The notes below the pieces were generated by a model. It made no database searches and was not told where the DNA came from. It saw only the letters and a list, made by a program, of their open reading frames with translations. DNA of 63,773 nt, counting the filler, from Octopus bimaculoides (taxonomy: Eukaryota), in the NCBI RefSeq assembly GCF_001194135.2. It is 4 parts of 4 records of this genome, joined end to end, with 100 filler letters (N's around TTAATTAATTAA, not from the genome) between each part and the next. Parts side by side here need not be neighbours in the genome. Positions count along the whole stretch, not along the records: positions 37,502 to 58,973 come from NC_068983.1; 3 more parts are not named here. The stretch is one strand, 5' to 3'. Positions 38,853 through 52,493 of this stretch are shown one piece after another. The position numbers and the translations under genes are program-made. Every line of letters starts with the position of its first letter. Position 1 is the first letter of the stretch.

Positions 38853-41109
38853 TATAAATCAAAACATATTACTTAAACATCCTTAAAATACTAAAAAGCC
38901 ACTGAAAAAAAATAGAAATGCCATGAATGAGCTGCCCACTTTCCTGATTCAATATATAAATAAGTGCAAATGATAAGAACAAACTATGACATGTAAAAGA
39001 CAACCCTCTCAATTACAAATGATTAAAGTTTATACAATCAACCACCTTTATCTAACTATTACTAACACACACAATACGATTGTTGGTATATAGATGCTAA
39101 GTTCTGTTTATTGAATGTATTAACCTGGAATTTAAGTAATTTAAGATAGGATTAGAGAGAACGTGAGAAGTACTAATTTCATTCTGTTACCACTTAACAT
39201 GCACAGTTCGAGGGAAAAGTTTGTTGTAGATACTCTATTGAATACATTCCATAATGGCAGTTTACAAAAAGCACTCATCATGATTTAAGTTTGAGATAAA
39301 ATATTTGGTTACCTCTAGAAATATGCTGAAGCTGCTAAGTTGATGACAAGCTAATTATGATGTATACATAACTTTAAAACAAGGGAATAGGGAGACGAAA
39401 ACAAAACCAGAATTTCCGAAAATGTTACACAAACAAGAAAATTTGCCGTGTTCAGATGAGTATTACATGCCAAAAAAAGTGTAAGCGATAAATTCCACTG
39501 TGTTCTCTATATTGTTTATTAACATAGAAAAATGAAGGATGTTTGAGATCCAAAATTGGATACTTATACAAGGAAATTGATTACAATATACAGAACATAT
39601 TACCACAAAACACATTTCTACCGGGTTTGCATGAATAGAGAATTAGGAGACAATGATTAACGTAGGTGGAATCCAATTACAAACCAATTACATTTATGCA
39701 ATAAATACACTTCAAAGAGAACAAAGACTATAACTATGTAAAAAGAAAGATTCTATATTATTTCTGCAAAGATGCCACAATATTCTTTGCTGAAGTAAAG
39801 CGGGGAAAATGTACGATAGAATCAATAATTCCAAGGGCAGAAAGGAAACAGCAACAGTCATTAAATATACCGTTTGTATCAACACTTTTACTCTTTACCA
39901 GCTCGTAAAGAACGGCCTAAAATGTTGTAATACATCTATACCGATGTATAGATGAGAAATTTCATTAAACAAATCATTTCATACCCATTTTGCTCAATAT
40001 TTGCAAGTGTAATAACTACATGTACCAACTGCACCGGAAAAAGGAGTATCTTCATTAAAATTTGCCCAAGCATTGGAAACTGAATAGTGCAAAAAGTAGT
40101 ATGAATGTAGCCACAATAAGGTTGCAGAAAATAATTAAATAGCAATAACATAAGTGCATACTTATTCGAGCATCTTAACCAATCGATTTGATATAATTAT
40201 AACCAAATACAACACATGTACATTATAACTGATGTCATATCATGGAGGCTGACACGCATGGATAAAGTAAATAAAGAGAATTGAAATGCAAGGGTATTCA
40301 AGGGAAAACACTAAGAATGCGGACGATGGATAATAGTGGAATCTATTATAGTATGGGCTTGTAGTGAGATATAATGGACTATCTTCTACATACCAAATAC
40401 CTTATCCAAATACTATTCAGTCCCCCAAAAAGCATTACCTGTTTCTTGTCTTGGGGTTTTACCAAGTTTTATAGTTTTTATAGCTTTCTCACAAGACAGG
40501 TTTTTTTTCTAGCGAGAAACTAAAAATTGAGTTGATTAAATGCATTCATTGCATTGTTCGTATTTTGTTCTATACTCTCCTCTCATGAAGTTTATGCGTT
40601 TCAAAAATAAATATTGCAGGAAAATAATATATGATGCGTTCTAGGCAAAAGATATAAATATCTAGTGATAAAAGACAATAATTTCCCTACCAAAGAAAGG
40701 ACATATACGTAATGACTTGATCTGCTAGAAAAGTAGCTAAATCAAGTTACACATTAGCCATTAAAGAAAAGTGTGTGTTGAGCAACAAATTCAATGTATT
40801 TGAGTATAAAACAGTATAAAACGGTACTGAATTGATTGTGATTACAAACCTGTCTAGTGCTGCCTTGATGATGAATATCGACAAGAATGGGGTTTCGATA
40901 TGGTAGCTGAGCTTCTTTGAAATAGCAGTTACGTCTCATCCAAATCTGATGCAAGGACACAAGAGATTAATCAATTTCCGCTGTCACAAAAGGAAAGGCT
41001 AGTGGATTACTGGAATGTATTTCGTCTCAGATCAACTGAGGTAGAAATGATGTGAGGTTAAAAACCAGAAATAGACTTAGTTTTACCAATCGCACGTATA
41101 TACACACAC

Positions 41110-41184
<75 letters not shown>

Positions 41185-41265
41185 CAAACAAACACAAACA
41201 CACACGGTTCCGCTAGTCTTTGTGAAGGAAATGCAAATTGTTAATTATGCCGAAGTTAATGATAA

Positions 41266-43329
41266 CACCGAGGAACACATTTTATGGAACGATATCTGAC
41301 ACTTGATTCTAAGTGCTTTGGGTGCGCTAAATACGAATTCCAACTCAGTTTGGCTCTATCAAGTTTTGATACCTGTCAATAGCTTCTGTGCTATTTTCCA
41401 GATTTTTCAAGTTAGGGTGAAAAATTAAAATCATGTGTTCGAATTTATTTTGAAATTTCATGAATATAAGCAGTTCAAACTACTGCAAAATTTTATTATA
41501 ACGATAGAAATAGCTTCAAATAAAAAAAAAGTAATGAGATATAAGATTGTTTTATAAGATTTTCAAGTATTTGCTTGTTGATGGCACGTTTCGTTTCAAA
41601 CACCAACAGTAATCAACCATCATGTGGGAATCCCAGCGTCCTTGGTACCGTTTCTCTATAATTCTGATATCTTTGTAGAATCTTACTCCTTGTTCGTCAC
41701 TTACAGTACCTACATTTCTTGGAAATTGGTCACGATGGCTATTCAAAAATGCATTTTTATGCTCATTTTGAGACCCTGAAAAGTATTTTTACGATTCCTT
41801 CGTAGTTATCTACTCTATAGTTCCCTAAAATGTTTTCTGTCATGTCCACGAATGAGAACCAGGCAATTTTTCGCATTCATTCAGGGCATTAGGAAAATCG
41901 CAGTCTTTAACTAATGTTCTTATTGCGGACCGGAGAATATTCCTGTTTTCATCTTTTCATAACTTAAACTTGAAAATTTTGAAGTTATTTATTTGAAACA
42001 CACACCGTTCGCATCTAAAGCTTTTACATATTGTTTAATAAATCTTAGTTTTATCTACAGAGAAAGAAATATGATTAGATCTCTGGTCACTAAAGGTAGA
42101 TTAATGAGATTTTTCTCCGGCCAGATTTGTTTGAAATAATGTTCTTCCTCGGCTCTACTGTCCCCTAAGCAAAGAAGGCAGGGATATTTAGTATATCTTG
42201 CTTGTTGTCCTAGCAGAAAATTAACCACTTTTAAGTTAAAACATGTAGCCCACTCGTGCTCCCTATATTTGATAAAATTTTAAACCTTCTCTATTTGTTC
42301 ATACTTTTCTTCAAATTTTTTTGGGTCCCCAGTCGGTTACGAGCTGTTTAGATTGCCGTTATGCAACAACACATACTTAAAATTTCTTTTCAAAATGTCG
42401 AAAACAAGCGCCAATCATTTGCATCGGAAGACTCAATCCCAATCTCCTGGAATAATCCAAGTATATTGCAACAATATACCAAAATATCATCTGTTCTAAA
42501 ATATTTAAGAAGTTCTCATTTTCCGTAAAATGTAATGTATGTGTTTGAAGTAAACAATTTTTACATTCTAAATCTTGAAGTTGAAATTTCCGTAATCTTT
42601 TTTGGAAAATTTAGATCCCTTACAAGATCATTCAGCTAGGCTGTGTTAAACTTTAGCGGATCATTTTAACTTTCAAATGCGCTGGAACCAAAATTAGTGT
42701 CAAACTCCTCAGAGTGCGTAACAATATTTTGTGAAACATCTTCAATTAATTCTTGAAGTGGCTGACTCTTAAATATTGGAATGAAGATTTCCTTTGAATG
42801 TAGCACAGGTCGTATCGCGGTGTGGAAATTTGGGTACTCGATAGAATGCTTATTTTTCTTAGTAAAGCTCGAAGTTTTGACAAAACAAAAGTAGCAATCG
42901 ATCTCATTCCACAGATGAATGGAAAAAATTATGTTTAAAGTCATTTTTTTACATAAACAAAAATCGCTCTCGTAAGGAAATTAAGTTCAGTTAAAGCATT
43001 CTTCTTGGGCTCCCATGCTATTAAATTCACCTTCATTATCTCTGTTCAAAGTTATCAAAATGTACATGTACATGAGTACATGGGTAAGAATGCACAGAGC
43101 AGAATGTGTCAGGCGCCTATTTGTCGGGGTTTAGAAAAGTGTTAACAAAAGCGAGAGAGACTTGCTTTTATGGATTATACCAGATTTTATGGATTATACC
43201 AGATTATCGCCCAAAATCAGTACCTGATAGAACAAAACTGCGTAAAAATTCGTCCTCATCGCACCCAAAATAGAAATAACTATCAAATCTAATTTAATAG
43301 ACAAAAATATTGAATTTTGCTCCCCACTG
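41266..43329 (-). mobile_element. Degenerate Chapaev3-like (CMC group) DNA transposon; transposase pseudogene ~41550-42944
   Basis: IDCYFCFVKTSSFTKKNKHSIEYPNFHTAIRPVLHS; NLKVVNFLLGQQARYTKYPCLLCLGDSRA; FPRNVGTVSDEQGVRFYKDIRIIEKRYQGRWDSHMMVDYCWCLKR; subterminal inverted repeat ~41316-41370 vs ~43213-43270; termini cac.../...cactg. Family name is from memory of these motifs. Confidence 0.75.
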
Positions 43330-46300
43330 TTATATATGTATAAGATATACATACTATATAATTCATTATTCACAACATAAAAGTAAGGGAAAAGAAGGAA
43401 TATAGAAAAATGAAGATGAGTAGATTACTCTGCGAAATGTAGGAAGAAATTAGAAGTGGGCGAGGAACAGAATAGGGAGACGTTTTAAGAGGTTTAGAGA
43501 AGTAGTGTACATATTTTAAATATTCGTGGAGATAAGACAAGTGTACACATTCTTTCACTCCTTTGCATCATACATCTTGCATTTTCCCTATATATTACCA
43601 TGTCACTTTTATTTCCTAGTTTCCTTGGAATATTTCTTTAATTTCTACGACTTTATGTACAGGAAATTTAAATTTTATTCCTGAATTTAATAACGAAAAT
43701 TGATTGCAATAATTTTCCTATGTGCCAATAGAGAAACTAGATCGCGATATATCTCACCATATTATAAAGCAACATCAATTCCTCAGTTTCAGAATATTTG
43801 TTAAATATAGAATTCAAACAGGGAAATTTCTAGATATTCATCTGTAATAGCTTGCATGAATGTGCTTATGAAAATGTCCATCAATAAATCAATTAGATAA
43901 TTTATGCTGTAGAAATGCTATGGAAAATGTACATAGATATTTTCTTGTTTTCGTGTCAATAGGATACATCATGTTGTAAAATTAAATATGAGCAAACAGA
44001 TAATGAATATCTTAAGGAGAACACAAACATTTAGATGTAAACATATCTCTTGTGGAAATTCTATGGATAATATGATGAGGTAAATAGTAGCTTATTTCAT
44101 GTTAGAGATATATGTGATGCATAATAGTTGTCAGAATAAAGAGTTAAGATCAGAGAGAGATTTTCTTATGTGGAGCAAAGAGAGCTAACCGATAGTTCCA
44201 TTGAGAAGTTCAAACTAGTTCTGAATGGAGAGCAATGATAATTTAAATTTGGTTTGATTTGAAATTAAAGATTCACAAAGAAATAATATGTAATACACTA
44301 TCATCTCCATTCAAATACGTAACAGCCTCACTGTTGCTAGGTACAGTTAAATACAAATTTCCCTTTCCTTTTTTAAATACCCCACCTTCAATATAGCTGC
44401 TATGTAAATATTTACTTAGATACTTAGAGTAATTTTTGGGGGGTGATTATATGAATTAACTGTAATATTGTTTTTTAAATTATCTAAAATAAGTGGTAAA
44501 TCTAGAAATAACTTGCTATAATCCGCTGTATTGCATTTTAATATATACTGTATATATAGAGAGAGAGATGGCGGAAACGGAAGGGAGGTAAGAAGAGAGG
44601 GAGAGAGAGAGAGAGAGCAGCGCTAAGCACCGATTATGAATAAACGAACTATTGGTTAGTTAAAATATGCAGCTCGAAGTTTTGACAAAACAAAAGTAGT
44701 AATCGATCTCATGGTTAGTTGGCTCTTGCCACAACTGAATGGACATATTTTAACTTCTGAAAGCAAATTCATTGCAGCGACCGTCAATGACATGTTCTCT
44801 CTTATGGTAAATGGTCTAAAAAAAAAAAAGACATATTGCCAAGTGCTTCCCTCTAGCGGATCCAAAACACGTGATTCTGGTTCTTTAACCTTCCTCAATG
44901 GGAAATACAGAAGGGAGGTAACCATAGACAAATTCAAACCAGTTGTTTTAACCAAAACAGTAAACATCAGTGACTGCTTGGAGCAAATGGAGCGTTTGGG
45001 CGGAATAAAAATAGTAGCATCAACGCCAAACAGTGATTTAGGTATATCAAAATTTATGCAGAGTTAAAATAAGTTTATGGTATATTTTAACTTCTAAATT
45101 CACTACCGTAACCGTGGTGTAAAAGTTCTCCCCTATAGAAAAACGTGTAAACACAAACACACACACATACATGCACACACACACGCACACACGCAAGAGG
45201 TACACATATACACGATACGCACCCAGAAATACACACACACATACATGCACACACGTATATTCTAAACAATTTTACAATTAAATGCTGGTGAATATAAACA
45301 TTTAATAACATTGGCAATAAGTTACGCTACTATTGTACCTAAATTTTCACTGAATCCGTATCAAATATAAGAGGAGCAAAAGGAAAACTGTCTCCATAAA
45401 CTCATAAGCCTTCTCTTTTTTGAATCCTCCAATGAACAGTGCAACGAAAGCATATTTAGGGCTCCTACTTAGATATTCACTCATCAAAATCTAGATTGGT
45501 AGTTGAAGCGAGTGAGTGAGCTAGAGGCAATATGGGGTACACTTAACAGTAAATAATTCTGGTGTGAAGTACTTTTATGTTTAGTAGACGAGTTTCCATC
45601 ACTGAGAATGACGAAAATAAGGTCGAAATCACGTGAACTGGTGATCTCCAAGCTGGAATAGTAGAGAGTTCTCTCCCGCTTACAATATATATATATCATG
45701 CGGAGCGCACTGAATAAGCAACTGGAGGAGGCGTTTTCCTGGGGGTTAAAATAACAGTGTCGCTTGTTCTTATAGACACAAATGTTTAAGTGGCAATAAA
45801 CAATTGTGGAAGCATCTAATAGAATTAAAATAAACACCGACAATATATAAATGTGTTAGGTTCGAAATTGAGAGTGAATTACCAAAAAAAGTATCCTTCC
45901 CGAATAAAATTAGAAGAGCACATCAGCCGAAGCGTTGTGACTAAAATAACCAAAACCAGGATTCCAGTCTGACTCTGTCATGTTACAATAATAACAATGA
46001 AAATTCTTCATTTCAGGAATTCAAAGAAAATATATATATTCATTCATTAGATTAAAGAAAAATATGAGAGATATAAATCTACACTCGTCAAATATATCAT
46101 ATTGGTTTTATCATTTTTCCCACATCCGTGAGCTCATACATATATGCATATGAATATGTATATGTATGTGTGTTTGTATGTATGTTCATATATACATGTG
46201 TTTGTACATATATATGTATATATGTACACACACACATATCCACGCCTATATTTAAATTACTCGACAAGTCGTATGTGTTTCTATTTCTCCCTCTCTCCAA

Positions 46301-46732
46301 CCACAATCACACTGCTAAACATTGGTATACATTGATAAACAGTTATTTTAAGTTACTTGGGCAACGAAAACAAAAACAAAAACATTTTAACACAAACGAA
46401 AAAAATAACATTACTTGTTTTCTATCTATATATTTTCTATCTTTATATTTTTCAGTTTTCAAAACATTGTATTGCTTCTACTTATGTGAATGTATGTTAT
46501 TTTATGTAAATAGCTAGATATCATTGATTTTATCACATACAACGTTTCTTTCTTGCTTTCTTATGCGTGTATACACAGTTGAACCGTCGCTGGTGGAGAG
46601 TGAGAATGAAAGGCAATAACAGGCAAATAAAAATATAACCATAATAGGATTTCGTATATCAATATAACTAAGCTTCAGATCAAATCCGATACTTTTATCT
46701 TAGTATCCAGTTGAGAAGACACTCCTCTACTA

Positions 46733-46734
<2 letters not shown>

Positions 46735-46793
<59 letters not shown>

Positions 46794-46960
46794 CACCACC
46801 ACCGCCGCCACAGCAAACCATTATCATTATTACTATAATCAGTATCACCATTACAAACAAAACCATCACCACTATTACGAACAACATCTTCCTCGTCATT
46901 ATCATCACCGACATCCCCATCCTTATTATCATCGCCATCGTTGTGTATATCATGTGATAC
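46735..46960. repeat. (CTA)n(CCA)n plus degenerate (CAT/TAT) trinucleotide region
   Basis: Direct inspection. Confidence 0.85.
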
Positions 46961-47424
46961 ATAGAAAATTCTAACTATAGCAAAATTTAGAAATAAAAAT
47001 TCGTCGGACCGCGAATTATTTACAAACTCTACCCAGTCATGTAGAACCTTATACACACAAAGAAATCAATCCTGGTCAACTACATTTTCGATGATTTTCT
47101 TTTACTAACACTATGTTTTTTTTTATATATATATATTAGCTTTCACACACTCATATACAGAGATATGATATGTTATATCAATATAAAAATGTATGTACAT
47201 ATGTAAATATATATGTATATGTGTGTATGTAATTATGCCGTTCATTCAATTCGTCACTGGTTACTTGTTGCCTGTCAAATGATTCACCGCTTACTTCGTT
47301 TCCGCAACAATTCTTCGCAGGAGCTCAATTTGCAAATCAACCAAGCGTTTAAATGTTACATAACCGAAAAGTTTGACTGACGTTAAGAATTACAAATGTT
47401 CGATCTCAGTTGCTTTCGATTTTA

Positions 47425-47612
47425 AATTATGGCACGAGGCCAGCAATTTCTGGGACAGATAATTCGATTACATCCACACCAGTATTCTAATGGTACTTAT
47501 TTTATCGACCCCCGAATGGATGATAGGCAGAATTTGAACTCAGAACGTTAAAACGGACAAAACGATACTAAGCATTGTACCCGGTGTGCTAACGATCCTG
47601 CCAGCACGCACC
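47425..47612 (-). mobile_element. Family-A SINE
   Basis: ggcacgaggccagcaattt...ttttatcgacccccgaatggatgataggcagaatttgaactcagaacg...gctaacgatcctgccagc. Confidence 0.8.
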
Positions 47613-49028
47613 CTTCTCTCTTAGTTGATATTGCAACTGGAAATGAAGTATGGAAGAGGGAAAAACGAAGACACAACAATGAAATTGAACAAGAACATTG
47701 TACATGCATAATATCTATTTATATATACATATATATATATATACATATTTATATATTTGTATATTCATACAATTTCTTTCAATTTATAATGCTTAACTCA
47801 TGGAAAGCAAAGAAATGTAGGCAAATATATATTTGGAACATCAAGAATCTTGCAAACCTAATACAAAGCGATATATGGTTTTGTAAATAATAATTTGAAT
47901 CTAAAATTTACTTATGTAAATGCTATATTTTAAATCTATTAAGAATAGGTAAAATGGCAAAACGTAAATGAAATTTAAAAAATGAGATATCAATGCAAAT
48001 GTTCTGCAACAAATTTCATGAGATTATTTTTGCATTCAAAATCGTAATTGTTTATATAACTTCTAACGTGTTTATCGATGATGCAGCATTTCGTATTTTT
48101 CGTCTGCATAAAATGTTGCAGTTTTCCTTGCGATTAACATATACCGCATAATTTTTGTTATAATATACATGAGATATTGTCATTGTTCTTTCACCTTTAA
48201 CTTGTTTATACGGATTATGCTGAATATTAATTTATTTACGTTGTATAACACAAACCCATGCACTCGATGAAACCCCCACAAAGACAATGCGCCATCTACA
48301 CGTTCTCACCGACAAAGAAAGCAATTGCATTATTCACGCGATCAATTTGGAAAATGCAAAGAACTAAACCGGTAACATTCTTTCCAAACTTAGCTGACGA
48401 AGAATTGATCTGTCCTAGCGTTAGACACACTCACCTCTCTCTCTCTCTCTCTAACAGAACTGGAAGACCGTCGAACTGGATGCTAGACATGTTACGTTAT
48501 CACCATAACCGTGCCTCCATCGGCGCGGGCACCACTCTGTGTCAGATCTCCAATTTAAGGATAAGACCCCTCTTCCACTGATTAGTCTCTGAAACACTGT
48601 AAACAAGCGTACGCAGATCGAAATAGTACTACCAAAATTGTTCACATCATGAAATAAATGAAAAGTGACTACAACAGTTTTGGTGTGATTTTAGATGCTA
48701 ATCGCTCTACCACTATATAATTGATTCACATCCAATTCAGTGTCTCAGGTAATGTAAATTACTAGACAATTACGACTGCGACAGAGTAAATGCCTTTATT
48801 GTGTACAGGTTCAATTAGAAGTGAAATACAGTTAACCCTGTAAACTAAACAATATGATAAATACTATAAAGCAATCTAATTATTGAAGTATTGGATAGTA
48901 CTTCTGTTCTTACGAACAATTTGACACGGCTACATACACAGACACACAAACACATAAAATATACACATACATACATATATGCACACAAACACACGCACAC
49001 ATACACATGTATATATTCATATATATAA

Positions 49029-49059
<31 letters not shown>

Positions 49060-49441
49060 CATGTATGTATGTATAATTGTGTTTCTGAGTAAGTGAAAGA
49101 GAATAGGAGTGAATTTAAAATGTCGATAACCTCTGCGGTTGGTTATGATTGAAAATTAACACCTACAAACATTTCTTCTTGCAATTCCGATTTCAAAGCT
49201 AACACATCATTGTATATTTGTTCATCATTCCTCTGCAGACGTGTAAAGTTTTGTTTAATCTCCTTGACAATAGAAACTAACGTATCGTGTGAATCCACAC
49301 GACAAAAGAACTGAGTTCTGATTTGACAGCACCATTTCTTAGTGTGTCTATACTTGAAACTTTCTCTCCTCTTACGCTTACAATCTTCAATTTTACAGAA
49401 ACAAACACATTCATGACTACGAACCCATAAATCATTTGCTA

Positions 49442-49506
<65 letters not shown>

Positions 49507-49537
49507 GTCTGTCTGTCTGTCTGTCTGTATCTCTCTA

Positions 49538-49578
<41 letters not shown>

Positions 49579-49845
49579 GTATNNNNNNNNNNNNNNNNNN
49601 NNNNNNNNNNNNNNNNNNNNNNNNNNNNNNNNNNNNNNNNNNNNNNNNNNNNNNNNNNNNNNNNNNNNNNNNNNNNNNNNNNNNNNNNNNNNNNNNNNNN
49701 NNNNNNNNNNNNNNNNNNNNNNNNNNNNNNNNNNNNNNNNNNNNNNNNNNNNNNNNNNNNNNNNNNNNNNNNNNNNNNNNNNNNNNNNNNNNNNNNNNNN
49801 NNNNNNNNNNNNNNNNNNNNNNNNNNNNNNNNNNNNNNNNNNNNN

Positions 49846-50752
49846 TATATTGATCCGACCACCGAAAATACAATTAGCGTTATATCCCTATCTCCCGGGC
49901 TGGGTTTTGAACCCGTACTCTGGTCAGTTGGGGACAATGGTATTTCCTTTGTCTTGTCGGCAACCACAGCTATTTTCAGCGTAGCTGCCCCCTTTCAGGT
50001 CACCGAAAGTTCAGCAGAACAGGAATAGGTGCGAAAGCAGTTGGGGACAGCAGTTTGGCCAGTCGAGTGGTAGCGGTCGGCCGAAGCAGTTGTACAGAGA
50101 TGAAGATGAAGAATGATAAGTCTGACAGAGAGAAAGCTATAGTCAACAGAAATGCATAGAGTCCCAGAGAGAGAGAGAGGGACAGAGAGATGGGATACTG
50201 GCAGCCAAAAGAGATAGCAGTAGTCAGTTGTTTACCTCTTGGGTTATAGTTTTGTGAAAGAAAGGAATTGAGTACAGCAAAGATTTGTTACAAATATTCT
50301 TCCAAGAAATGTATTTGTTTGATGTTTAAAGAAAAAGACTGTTAACTGTGATGTGTAACTGAAAAGAGAAAACGAAGAAAAGAAAGAACAGAAAGAACTT
50401 TTGATGGACTTAATGATTGCAAACCCTTGATTATGTTCACGCAATGTCACACCATTATATGCTATTGAACTGTTATGCAATGTTTTGAAATGTATTCTCA
50501 TGTTTATGTAATGCTTTATTCTCATGTTTTTGATGTTATGTAAAAAGAAAAGGTTACCCAACGCATGGTCTTCGTGTTGTTTCTTCCACCCCTCCTTTTG
50601 CCTGTGTTGTTCTTCATTCCGTGCTCCAGCCAGGGCTTATTATTGGTCAGGTGACCGAGGCGAGCTGCTAACTCACTGAGCGTTCGACGTTCGCGCGTGC
50701 GCGAGTTCTCTCTTCGGTTAAGGAGGTGCTTCGCGTGCGGGCGTTCGTAACA
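49846..50752. mobile_element. Probable solo LTR or LTR-element terminus (left end next to an N gap)
   Basis: ~900 bp GC-richer non-coding block with promoter-like motifs, ending sharply in ...gttcgtaaca (TG..CA-type end) before a (TA)-type microsatellite; no second copy in the window. Confidence 0.45.
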
Positions 50753-50814
50753 ATATACATATACATATGTATGTATCTACGCGAGTGTGTGTATGTGTGT
50801 GCGCGTGTGAAAGT

Positions 50815-51440
50815 GCCTGACTCACGTCGGGCTCACAATCATGATGTACTGAGTTCAATTCCCAGACTGGGCTGTCTGTAGTGTTCTTGAGCAAGACATT
50901 TTGTTTCATGTTGCTCCAGTTCAGTGAGCTGAAGAAATGTGTTGTGACTTCACTGGTGCCAAGCTGTATCGGTCTTTGCGTTTCCCTTGTGTAAAATCAG
51001 TGACATGGAGAGGTGAGGCTGATATGCATGGGCGACTGCCAGTCCTCTATAAACAATCTTGCCCGGACTTGTGTATAGGAGGGGAAATTTCCAGGTGCAA
51101 TCCCGGACTCGCGGTCATAGGATCGTGGTTTCGATTCCCAGACCGGGCGTTGTGAGTATTTATTGAGCGAAAACACCTAAAGTTCCACAAGGCTCCGGCA
51201 AGGGATGGTGGTGAACCCTGTTGTACTCTTTCACCACAACTTTCTCTTACTTCCTGTTTCTATTGTACCTGTAATTCAAAGGGTCAACCTTGTCACGCTG
51301 AATATCCCTGAGAACTACATTAAGGGTACAAGTGTCTGTGGAGTTCTCAGCCACTTGCACGTTAATTTCACGAGCAGGCTGTTTCGTTGATCGGATCAGC
51401 TGGAACCCTCGACGTTGTAAGCGACGGAGTGCCAACAACA
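50815..51440 (+). mobile_element. Family-F SINE (50815-51103) directly followed by a 5'-truncated family-C SINE (51103-51440)
   Basis: gtcgggctcacaatcatgatgtactgagttcaattcccagac...gtgttcttgagcaagac..., then cggactcgcggtcataggatcgtggtttcgattcccagaccgggcg...gagtgccaacaacaac. Confidence 0.8.
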
Positions 51441-52455
51441 ACAACATATACGTGTGCGTGTGTGTGCATATGTGTGTGTAAATATATATGTATGTGTGTG
51501 TATCTATGCGTATAGTGACACACGTCCTCACACTATCACACACGCATATATACGCTGTAAATATAAGTGGTTTACCAAGTATTAGAAAGGAATATTACAA
51601 AGATGGTCAATCGTATATTTTGTATTTAATTTGCGTTCTCCTTCTCACCACTTGATGTATATGCTACTGCCATCAGGGTAAGCAGAACTTACTGGTATTT
51701 GAGGGGGGTTTTTTTTTCATACATTGGAAGATATCCTTACTTTCATGTTTGGTTACTGCATTCATTTTATTATTTATAATCGGTGACGTAAATCAATTTG
51801 GCATATAACCAAGTAAGCAAAATTACAATTTCACGTGCACAGTAAATTAAAACCTTATCGAGAAGCAAAGAGGAAAGGAAAGCTATCGAACTGACTAGTG
51901 CAAAAACAATCGTTTCTACTATTGACGTCAGGCCTGAAATTTTGGAAGTGGGGCTAATCGATTACATTGCCCCCAGCGCACAACAGGTACGTATTTTTGC
52001 AACTCTGAAAAGATGAACGGTAAAGTCTCTTTTGGGTGAATAACACTGATATAAAATATTGATGGTGTAAACACCTTTAGCGAAGCAAGATAGGTGAAAG
52101 CGAAATATATCGCACAAGCATAGAGCAAAGAGTTGAACTAGAGTTCAGCAAAGGAATGAACGTAAGCAATTTTACCATTAAAGGGAACGATACAAAATCG
52201 AAATGTTAAGACAGGACAAGAATTGAAATCGCCTTTATCAAGAAATACAGAAATAATCGCGTTTAATTTAGAGAAAACATACGCCACATACAAATCGATG
52301 TTTTCAAACCAAAATTTACAGGCCAAAATAATAGGTCGTCTTATAGACCAACACGGTTATTGAGGAGCAAAAATATCCATGTAAAATGCAGTTAGGTATG
52401 TGAAGATAGTTACGATGTTTGGATGGTTACTTTCCACCCTTACAATATATTTACA

Positions 52456-52493
<38 letters not shown>

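Noticed and set aside
39400-41000. Possible highly decayed Penelope (+) and L1/CR1-like (-) fragments; similar traces at 13050-13500, 15780-15950, 29100-30060 and 43850-44250
   Set aside because: Only isolated motif-like words (e.g. NIPFVST, KAIKTIKLGKTP); too degraded to call without alignment.
43167-43205. 18-19-bp tandem duplication (ttttatggattataccaga x2)
   Set aside because: Ordinary slippage duplication inside a dead transposon.
46711-46974. Thr/His-rich ORF resembling a His-rich or biomineral protein
   Set aside because: Degenerate (CTA)/(CCA)/(CAT) microsatellite decay, typical of this genome.
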